From NCBI GenBank assembly GCA_964016885.1, contig OZ024741.1, forward strand, positions 177,568,001 to 177,632,000: a stretch of DNA of 64,000 nucleotides. The letters are read 5' to 3'. A program made the translations under genes and the position numbers. The notes beneath the pieces are model-generated. The model was not told the origin of the DNA and did no database searches. It saw only the letters and a list, made by a program, of their open reading frames with translations. Below, in pieces: positions 54,010 through 64,000 of the stretch. The first letter of the stretch is position 1; the number at the start of each line of letters is the position of its first letter. The stretch is from Eledone cirrhosa (lineage: Eukaryota).

Positions 54010-54180
54010 TAGGAACAGAGTCAGGACCCCGCCGGCTGAGCTCAGGCCTTTTCGACTAGCTGTCGAAACGGCCGCAGCTCAGCAGTCGGGGGTCCTGACC
54101 CTTTTCCTATTACCCACTCTACTACCCTAAGTATTATTGAGTACTCTGTACTACCTGGTATTATGCCACGCCCGCTTTGT
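54010..54180 (+). mobile_element. Family A fold-back element
   Basis: Imperfect palindrome 54010-54109 around tttcgactagctgtcgaaac; shared tail. Confidence 0.65.
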
Positions 54181-54340
54181 TATATATATATATATATATA
54201 TACACACACATACATATGTATATATATATATATAGATCTCTCACTCTCTCTGTAGATATACATGTGTGTGTGTGTGCCTGCGTAAGTGTGTGTAGCTGAG
54301 TGTTTGTTTATGAAAGGGTATTTTGTTAAACAAAGCAACC

Positions 54341-54420
54341 ATGATTGGCATGAAGAAACCCGGATGTGGCGCATGCGCAGACTGAGCACACAACACACAC
54401 ACAGAAACAAAATGGCGTAG
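54341..54420 (+). promoter_or_regulatory. Pol II promoter-like motif cluster upstream of HHR in family C element
   Basis: GATTGG (CCAAT, reverse), CCGGATGT (ETS-like), GCGCATGCGC (NRF1), AAAATGGCG (YY1) in 80 bp. Confidence 0.55.
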
Positions 54421-54464
54421 GACAGAACAAAGGAGAGGCACAAAAACAAAGAAAAGAATCCCCA

Positions 54465-54507
54465 GTCACTGAAGAGGTCACAGAATGTGTGACGAAAGAA
54501 CTTTGAC
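54465..54507 (+). ncRNA. Minimal hammerhead with extra nucleotide after A9
   Basis: GTCA-CTGAAGA-G-GTCAC(AGAATGT)GTGAC-GAAA-GAAC-TT-TGAC. Confidence 0.75.
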
Positions 54508-54653
54508 AACATATAAACAACTATATGGTTGTGGAACCAACCAACCCACCAGAAATTTATAAATTCCTAAATTTATAAATTTATTATAATAAATTCAAGT
54601 GAAAGCACCTGGTGCGTGTGTTTCTTATTGGCAACATGACCCTCCCAAAGTAT

Positions 54654-54692
<39 letters not shown>

Positions 54693-54791
54693 TATATATA
54701 TGTAGAAGTTATATTTAATTTGTTGGGATACAGCAAGCAAATATTTTTTATAACTGATATAAAGCACTCAACAAATTATTGGAGTAAAAAT

Positions 54792-55307
54792 ACAATATAT
54801 TAAGAAATGGAAACTATATTTATAAAACCATATTTATTTCATTATACTTCAAGGACACCAACGCGAATTATGGTGCGATTTCATCAGATAAAATATAATA
54901 TATCAGTTTTATAAATAAATTTTGACATACCCTTAAAGAATGTGATCATGTCGATTGGAAGCTCCCGGATAGTGGGGTTACTAATTTTATTATTGGTATA
55001 TTTTTTTTTTTTTTTTTTTTTCTGTTTTCCCTAATCCAACGGCTTAATTTAAATGTACTGGCATTTAAACCTCTCCGACACTAATTTGCATAATAGACCA
55101 ATAATAAAATTAGTAACCCCACTATCCGGGAGTTTCCAACCTACATGGTTGCATTCTTTAAGGGTATGTCAATATTTGTTTATAAAACTGATATCTATAT
55201 TATATTTTATCTGATGAAAGCACAACATAATTTGCTTCGGTGTCCTTGAAATATGTATAATGAAATAAATATGGTTTTATAAATATAGTTTCCATATGTT
55301 AATATAT

Positions 55308-55309
<2 letters not shown>
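54792..55309. repeat. Inverted repeat (about 210-bp arms) of a pLTR with HHR-like CTGATGA motif
   Basis: Arms about 54792-54997 / 55097-55309; TTTAT-CTGATGA-AAG...CTT-GAAA-TATG-TA at 55206-55257; homologous to 36640-36900. Confidence 0.8.
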
Positions 55310-55375
<66 letters not shown>

Positions 55376-55514
55376 TATATTTATATCGGAGGCCATATTC
55401 AGTTTATTCAGGTTTATTCAAATCCCTGTTATATACCTATAATATAATAAAGAGAGAAGTCCGTTTTATAATGTTTTATCCCGTTATTGAAATAAGTTGG
55501 ATTACTTGCAATAA

Positions 55515-55803
55515 ATAATTGTTTCTACTTTTGGCACAAGGCCAACAAATATCCAGTACATTACTGGTACTTTATTTTATCGACTCCGTAACAATGAAAG
55601 GCAAAGTTAACCTCGGCGGGATTTGAACTCATAATGGCAAGGGCCGTAACTCTATGCTGGAAAGTATGGTGCGTGACCCTCTAACGATACTGCCAATCCA
55701 CCGCCCAACATATAATTGTTTCTTCTTTTGGCACATGGCCAGCAATTATCCAGTGCATTACTGGTACCTTATTTTATCGACCCCGCATGGATGAAAGGCA
55801 AAG
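55515..55803 (-). mobile_element. tRNA-derived SINE, one full plus one partial tandem copy
   Basis: 55515-55706 full reverse-complement copy; 55712-55803 3' half. Confidence 0.85.
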
Positions 55804-56325
55804 ATGAATGAATATTATGTAATTTATCTACTAAATTTCGTAGATGTTGATTAAACATGAATATTCTTATATAGAGCGTATTGCTTATTTTTAAATTTCC
55901 AAAAGTCAATACTTCCGGTTAGCGTCCCTCATATTATAACACTTATTCCATCGCTCATATAAGCGTTCATATATTTGCATCGTTAGATAATGTTTATATT
56001 TAGGTAGCTAAATTAGGTAGCTAATGTTCTACTTTTTCGTTTTCATAACAATCTAGTTTATTATATATGAATTTATATATTATATCGTCTTTTTTAAAAT
56101 ATATCATGGATTACTTTACTGATAACAGAAGACAGTGTAACACAGACTTCGTTCAATTTCTGTGAATATTGTCAATTACGATTTCATTTGACGCATTATA
56201 TCTATAGGCATATATATTAGCTTAAAATATCAATATGAACACTATTCATGCTAGCAGAAAACCACCCGACGGGGTGATGTCTCTTTTCTTATAGGGTGGT
56301 TTTTCTGCTAGTATATATGATGTTT

Positions 56326-56408
56326 CTCCTCTGAAGACTCTAAGAAAAAACATGTATATAACACTGTTATATAGATAATGTGCCTTAGATGAAAGACTGT
56401 GTAAGCAG
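56326..56408 (+). ncRNA. Hammerhead-like motif with extended helix II
   Basis: CTCCT-CTGAAGA-C-TCTAAG[tatataac/gttatata]CTTAGA-T-GAAAG-ACTGT-GTA-AGCAG. Confidence 0.6.
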
Positions 56409-56463
56409 CAAATTTTGTTTTAAATGTATTGATTCCTTCAATTATTTAGCTTATATATATATG

Positions 56464-56579
<116 letters not shown>

Positions 56580-56695
56580 TTATCACATACATAAAATTAA
56601 ATTAAATTAAATCAAGGATACATATATGTGTTGCAACTGTTCACTTTTAAGCTCAATGAAGAATTAATAAATTAAAATAAAAAAAATCAGAGCAT

Positions 56696-57232
<537 letters not shown>

Positions 57233-57254
57233 ATATATATATATATATATATAT

Positions 57255-57454
57255 GTATAGTTAAAAGAATAGAGGTGTAGCACACAAGTTATTATATATT
57301 GGTAAACGGAATAGAAAATGCTGACAAATTGTTCACAGTGAAAAATAGTTTAATTAGGAATAAATGAGAATTAGTAATTGTATTGGTTAGTATTCAGTTT
57401 TGGTTTTAAGTTTTACCGGTTGCGCATTTCTAAATGCGCAACCGGTAAAACTTA
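57255..57454 (-). mobile_element. Solo Neptune pLTR fragment with fold-back at HHR helix II
   Basis: Reverse complement of 9792-9940 plus 5282-5322; palindrome taagttttaccggttgcgcatt(tcta)aatgcgcaaccggtaaaactta. Confidence 0.85.
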
Positions 57455-57742
57455 CTGTTTTAATTTCTTTTTACTTGGAAAAACTCTTCGTGAGCCCCTT
57501 TTTTCAAGTAAAAAGAAATTCAAACACTCATATATGAAAAAACAACCTGTGACACCCCACCCCTCTTATTTGAAGAACTATTGTAACGCGAACTGGCGCG
57601 AAATTTATTATAATTATTGACAAACCAATCAAATTACTTCTCAAAAACCTGGCATTTCGAGCCACTTTTTCCATATAAAACAAGTAACATTCAGAGACCA
57701 ACCAGATGTGAGAAAAACCACAGACCCTCCATCTCAACTCTA

Positions 57743-57778
57743 CTTTTGAAAAGCAGAAGAACTGCGAAACCGGTAAAG
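57743..57778 (+). ncRNA. Minimal hammerhead, U3-A8 compensatory core
   Basis: CTT-TTGAAAA-GCAG(AAGAA)CTGC-GAAA-CCGG-TA-AAG. Confidence 0.8.
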
Positions 57779-57841
57779 GAACAAAATAAATAGATATATT
57801 TTTTTTTAAATAAGACTCCAGTTGCATTTTCGATTTCATCT

Positions 57842-57892
<51 letters not shown>

Positions 57893-57893
57893 C

Positions 57894-57925
<32 letters not shown>

Positions 57926-57973
57926 TTTTTTTTTAAATAAGACTCCAGTTGCATTTTCGGTTTCATCTCTTTA

Positions 57974-58031
<58 letters not shown>

Positions 58032-58032
58032 C

Positions 58033-58186
<154 letters not shown>

Positions 58187-58268
58187 ATATATATATATAC
58201 ATGTATATATATATATGTGAGAAAAACCACAGATGTGAGAAAAACCACAGACCCTCTATCTCAACTCA

Positions 58269-58306
58269 CCTTTTGAAAAGCAGAAGAACTGCGAAACCGG
58301 TAAAGG
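58269..58306 (+). ncRNA. Minimal hammerhead, U3-A8 compensatory core
   Basis: CCTT-TTGAAAA-GCAG(AAGAA)CTGC-GAAA-CCGG-TA-AAGG. Confidence 0.8.
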
Positions 58307-58437
58307 AACCAAATAAATATATATATTTTTTAAAAAAATAAGACTTCAGTTGCATTTTCGATTTCATCCCTTTTTCTTTATACTTCCACTCGTGTAGGAC
58401 ACCTCGGTTATTTTTCATTTTGTAAAAAAAATCTCAC

Positions 58438-58478
<41 letters not shown>

Positions 58479-58536
58479 TATATATATATGCATATATATA
58501 TATATATATATATATATGCATATATATATATATATA

Positions 58537-58580
<44 letters not shown>

Positions 58581-58581
58581 C

Positions 58582-58614
<33 letters not shown>

Positions 58615-58645
58615 GATATATATAGATATATATATACATATAATA

Positions 58646-58704
<59 letters not shown>

Positions 58705-58709
<5 letters not shown>

Positions 58710-59808
58710 GGAAAAAATGAAACAAAATTTCATTTCTCAGACTTAGTACGGCTGTTAATTAAATATATGTATGTATACGTACATACATATATGTATACAG
58801 ACGTACAGGAGTATGTATGTATATATATATACATACATGCACACATATATATATGTACGTATGGATTCACCAAACATTTATAATAATGCTCGGTGTGTTT
58901 GTAAACAAACATCCCGAATTAAGCCGTACAGTGTCTAGCAACCATTGTTCTTAATTTGTTCAAAACTGACAAAGGACCGCTGTACTAGTTTCAAGCTTAT
59001 TAGCTATCGTCAGCAACGTAACCTTCCTGTCAGATGGTTGAACGTCTGAAAGTATATACTTTCCTTATTCATATTAACGGCTGAACAGCCTAATTTGCAT
59101 ATCGACTGAGTTAATCGACCGGCGTACCGAAAACGATAAACGGAAAAAATGAATGAAATTTCATTTCTCACTCTTAGTACGACTGTTATTTAAATATAAG
59201 TATGTATACGTACATACATATATGTATACTGACGTACAGTAGTATGTATATATACATACATGCACACATATATATATATATATATATATGTACGCATGGA
59301 TTCACTGAACATTGATTATAATGCTCGGTTTGTTTGTAAATAAACATCCCGAATTAAGCCGTACAGTGTCTAGCAACCATCGTTGCTCATTTGTTCAACA
59401 CTGGCAAATGAACGCTGTACTAGTTTCAAGCTTATTAGCTATCGTCTGCAACGTATACCATCCTGCCAGATGGTTGGACGTCTGAAAGTATATACTTTCC
59501 TTATGCATATTAACGGCTGAGCAGCCTAATTTGAATAGCGAGTGAGTTAATCGGCCGGGGTAACGAAAACGATAAATTGAAAAAAATGAAACGAAATTTC
59601 ATTTCTCACTCTTAGTACATATATGTAAATACGTATACATATTTATATTTAAGTAACAGCCGCACTAAGAGTGAGAAATGGAATTTCGTTTCATTTTTTC
59701 CGTTTATCGTTTTCGGTACCCCGGCCGATTAACTCACTCGACATGCAAATTAGGCTGCTCAGCCGTTAATATGCATAAGGAAAGTATATACTTTCAGACG
59801 TTCAACCA
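58705..59808 (-). mobile_element. Tandem about 435-bp HHR-containing repeat (retrozyme-like) with terminal inversion
   Basis: Units start at 58705, 59137, 59573 (partial); inverted segment about 59650-59808; one HHR per unit (58978-59018, 59413-59453). Confidence 0.8.
58978..59018 (-). ncRNA. Minimal type I hammerhead ribozyme
   Basis: CGTTG-CTGACGA-T-AGCT(AATA)AGCT-T-GAAA-CTAG-TA-CAGCG; the second-unit copy has CAGACGA. Confidence 0.85.
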
Positions 59809-60275
59809 TAGATTCCGCCACGAGCCTTAAGACTGTTCTGTATCAATTAAGTAAGCATTTCCTATTCAAACGTACACATATATATACATATATATATATA
59901 TATACATATATATATGTATATAAATATATATAGATAAAACCTGTTGATAAACTTAATCCTACGTTCGATCACCAATACCATGAGCTTGCCTTTCATGTAA
60001 GTCTGATATTTGATTTCGGATTCAAAGAAACACTTTAAACGATTTTTCGTTTGATCTGTCCAGGTGTACTTTTCTCAACCTGATTAGTTCTATCGTTACT
60101 TTGGTATATATTGTGTGTTAGTTTAGCCTACCACAATGTTCGATTTGTCAAGCTATTTAAACGTATGTTATTACTCAAAGGCCCTACCTTATCGAGTGCT
60201 TTGCTAACTCATCAGTTCATATTAGTAGGCCGAATTTACTTGCAAACCGCTAGAGATTCGAATTTACTGATTTCC

Positions 60276-60331
<56 letters not shown>

Positions 60332-60428
60332 GCTCATTCACAAGCATATATATATACACACATACATTCACATACATACATATATATGCACATGTGTATA
60401 CACACACATATATACACACTTAGGATTT

Positions 60429-60489
60429 TTTCATTCTGATGTATGAAAGCAAATATCGTTTGCTTTCAAGAAACCACTGGTAAATGAAA
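60429..60489 (+). ncRNA. Type I hammerhead-like motif (A9 changed to U)
   Basis: TTTCATT-CTGATGT-A-TGAAAGCAAA(TATCG)TTTGCTTTCA-A-GAAAC-CACTG-GTA-AATGAAA; 7-bp helix I, 10-bp helix II; in a 100-bp island between microsatellites. Confidence 0.75.
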
Positions 60490-61136
60490 TAAATACCTTA
60501 TGTTGTTCATTACATAACTATATCTCTATATATACATATATATACACACACACACATACATACACACACATATATACACAAACGTAAACTCACACATGTC
60601 CACACACACATACGAACACATACGTACATAAACATTGCCTACACACGTACATACACACACACACATGTATATATATATATATATTTATATATGTATATAT
60701 ATATATGTATATATATATATACACATATATACACACAAAAGAAAAATGAAAAAGGGTCAACTTAACATGCATAAGCACATCGAGACATATACATACAAAT
60801 ACCCACGCATGGGCCGATATACATCCATCTACACATGCGTACGCATACATGTTGCCGCATGGATACACCTGCACGCATGCACATCTGCCTACACACACGG
60901 AAGTGCCACCACATATACATGTACATATATAAACACACCTGTAAGTGAACAGTCGAAAAATACATTATGCAATAAAAAACAGTATAATAAAATTTAACAG
61001 TATAACATAAGAAAATTATACAATGAAATATAATATAGAATGTGGTATACATATACACACACACACACACATATATCTATATATCACCCCCTATTATACA
61101 TATATACACACACACATATATATATATATACGCACC

Positions 61137-61178
<42 letters not shown>

Positions 61179-62003
61179 GACGCACACATACACAGACTCA
61201 TACGTATATATACGCATATATAATATATACAGGTACGTATAGAGGTCATGTGATAATATAATACAATAATAATAATAATAATGAAAAACACCTATATAGT
61301 CCATATATAAACATCCGCACATATTCCCAAGAGATGCACATAAACACATACATGTATGCACAAATACATATACACACATATAGAGGCCCGCAATTGCATG
61401 CACCTACATACATACATACACACACACCGCCACACACATACACCAACATTCCGCCATATATGTATATATATGCACATGTCTGTACATACAGGCGCGTATA
61501 AACTAGTGCACCCACGCACCCATGCCCATACACACACCCCTACACCCACCCACGTATATATATATACAAATATATACGCATCTACACACACACACGCACA
61601 TATACCCATACACATGTCCACAATAAAAAACAAAATCGTGAACATAATAAACACAATATGATAATAAAATAAAATACGTAAATAAATTTTCAATATTTTA
61701 GGTTACATTAAATCTGTATGTAACTGCATAAATAGGTACTGGAAAAGAAGGGGTCAAAGAAAGGAACGAGTAAAATAAAAAAGAAAAAAGAAAAAGGAAA
61801 AAACGAAAAAAGAAGGGGTGGAGGTATGGGAGAAGGTGCGTGCGTCCATGTGACATATTACACACAGGCATTATGAGATGCAAGCTCGTGTCCGTGTATA
61901 GAACAGGTAACAGTAACAAAACAATGATATAACAATAACAATATTAACAATCACTTATATATACTACGCTCCTCCACAAGTAGAGCGCTTACAGCAATTC
62001 GCC

Positions 62004-64000
62004 ATGGAAATATTCAACTACTCTTCTTCCATGAAAGACATACCGATCCCGTCAGATAACACGTACATGAACCTGCTGTTATACCAGACCAACTCGTTCA
62101 TCAGACGCTTGAGGTGGCGCCCGTATCACCACGACAGGCGGACACAACAACAAGCGCCAGACGCCTATCAGAACCGCCTAAAGCGGATTTTTAGATCGAG
62201 AAGACACCCATCACACAATGCACAACTGGAGGAATTTGAAAACCGTCTTGTCAACATAGTTCGAAACATCAAGTTCCATAGGAATACTGCGCGATGGACA
62301 AAATATCTCAAAAGTCTCGGATCCACCATCAAAAGCATGGAAAAATGCAAGGATGTACTCGTGCCCTCGGACAAGACCGGTAACGTATACATGCTTGACC
62401 GTTTTACATATAATGAATGCTTAGGGAAGGAGATTAGGAAAAACTATAGGACTACTGGACAGACAAACTTAGATAGTATTAACGCCACGGCAAAAAGTAT
62501 ACTGACGGGGCTAGAACTAGAGGATAGGACCGAGGTATATGTACCTAGAAGACCACGAATATCTATTAAGGACCACTAATTAAACTTTAAAACTAAACTA
62601 CCTTTTAGTTTAATAGCACCCTCCAAATCCGACCTAGGAAAGACCAGTAAGAATATTATAGATAGGATAATACCGGTACTTAGAAACAAAACTAAGCTTA
62701 GCCTATGGACCTCCACTAAGGAGGAAATTGACTGGTTCTCAGCAATAGATGACAAACACCAAGTAAACTTTATCCAGTTAGACATAGATAGCTATTACGC
62801 GACGGTATCTCCGATACTAGTCAATAAGGCCCTAATAAGCGCCATGGCCAGATCTAGCCTCACTAGGGACGAGACCAACCTCATAGTAGCAGCCAAAAAG
62901 ACGCTAATTAGTTTCGAAGACAAGTTATGGGAGAGGAGGGACAGACCCGACAGTTTCGATATCAACATGGGGTCAAGTGCCTCGGCACAGGTGACCGACC
63001 TGGTGGGGATATATCTCATCCATAGGCTGACGGGGGAGATCCCGGGGATCGGAGGTGGAATATACAGAGACGACGCACTTTTCACCTTGCGTTCCCTTAA
63101 CCCCAGTCAGATGGAGCGCATGAGGAAGTGCATATCGCATTTCTTTAAACAATACGACTTATCCGTGACAATTGACACTAGCACTAAGTCGGTCAATTTC
63201 CTGGAAATGAATACGGGCATCCACAGACCATACCATAAGCCCAATGAAAACCTGCAATATGTGAACAGGCAATCGAATCACCCTAAGTCAGTCATAGAAG
63301 CCATAGTTAAAGGGGTTTTAAAACGCATATCTACACTTTCGTCGAACGCAGAAGTGTTTAAACAGCACGCCGAATATTATAATGAGGCACTGCACAGGGC
63401 CGGTTACAAATACACCATAGTATATACCCCAGATAGAGTAGACCCTAACGATATGGTATGCAGAAATGCCAATAGTAAGGGCGCCTCCCTAGGTAGAAGA
63501 ATTGACCCGGTAGCAGTAGCCAGGAACACAAATAACAACACTACTAACTTTCATGACACAGGACCGACCCGAGATAGGACTAAGGCACCCATGGGAGCCA
63601 GACCACCCGGTGTGCGGAGGCATAGGCCTGGCACGCACACTGCATACTCGGTGGAAACTGGGACCTTGCAGAGATCTTCGACAAATAAAAACGGAACACA
63701 CGCCACGGAGCACGAACAGCCTAGTTCTAGTGCCACAGCACCGACAATAGCATCACATAGACCAAAGGGGAATAGACGTATAGATGACCACATAGAACGA
63801 CGTAAATTTACAACTGTAGAACTTAACCACGACGAATGTAGCAGGCAAATAGACAGGGACAACACACGAGACGACATTGACATTGAGGTGGGGCAGAGCA
63901 CTGGACCGACACCGAGCCCTAGACACAACAATATGAATCCACGCACACGAAGGAACAGATCTATGGCCGTTGCCTGGTTCAATGCGGCTTACTCCAAACA
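62004..64000 (+). pseudogene. Hydra-like PLE reverse transcriptase ORF (one stop at 62577; runs off the window)
   Basis: gccATGG start; FNYSSSMKDIPIPS, FIRRLRWR, SDKTGNVY, ISIKDH*, SKSDLG, FIQLDIDSYY, FDINMGS, GIYRDD (63063-63074), VNFL, SNHP, LHRAGY, AWFNA. By manual translation the frame is open from 62580 to 64000. Confidence 0.9.

Noticed and set aside
58705-59620. CRISPR-like array
   Set aside because: Long tandem units without unique spacers, eukaryotic context, no cas genes.

Overview
AT-rich, microsatellite-dense eukaryotic repeat region with no convincing host gene. The tRNA-derived SINEs and RTE LINE tail resemble octopus repeats as I recall them, so the organism call is an inference. 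The window is dominated by Penelope-like retroelements (PLEs) sitting in or next to (TA)n tracts: one near-complete Neptune-type copy (RT + C-terminal GIY-YIG, 5236-9940) and six fragments of a second, Hydra-like clade (DKT / YRDD / WFNP / CNC-x5-CPL motifs). It also holds RTE LINEs, a CRE-like endonuclease fragment, a hAT remnant and SINEs. The main signal not shown by the ORF track is about 28 type I hammerhead ribozyme (HHR) motifs, intact or degenerate, that I could fold by eye. They fall in roughly a dozen families of short pseudo-LTR / retrozyme-like elements and include core variants (U3-A8, U4A, U4C, extra nucleotide after A9, long helix II insertions). Six fold-back palindromes have their apex in the helix II loop of an HHR, suggesting hairpin-primed inversion. 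The Neptune RT frame has no AUG before its first conserved motif and overlaps an in-phase U-UUU-UUA slippery site. All folds and alignments were done manually and need computational and experimental confirmation.
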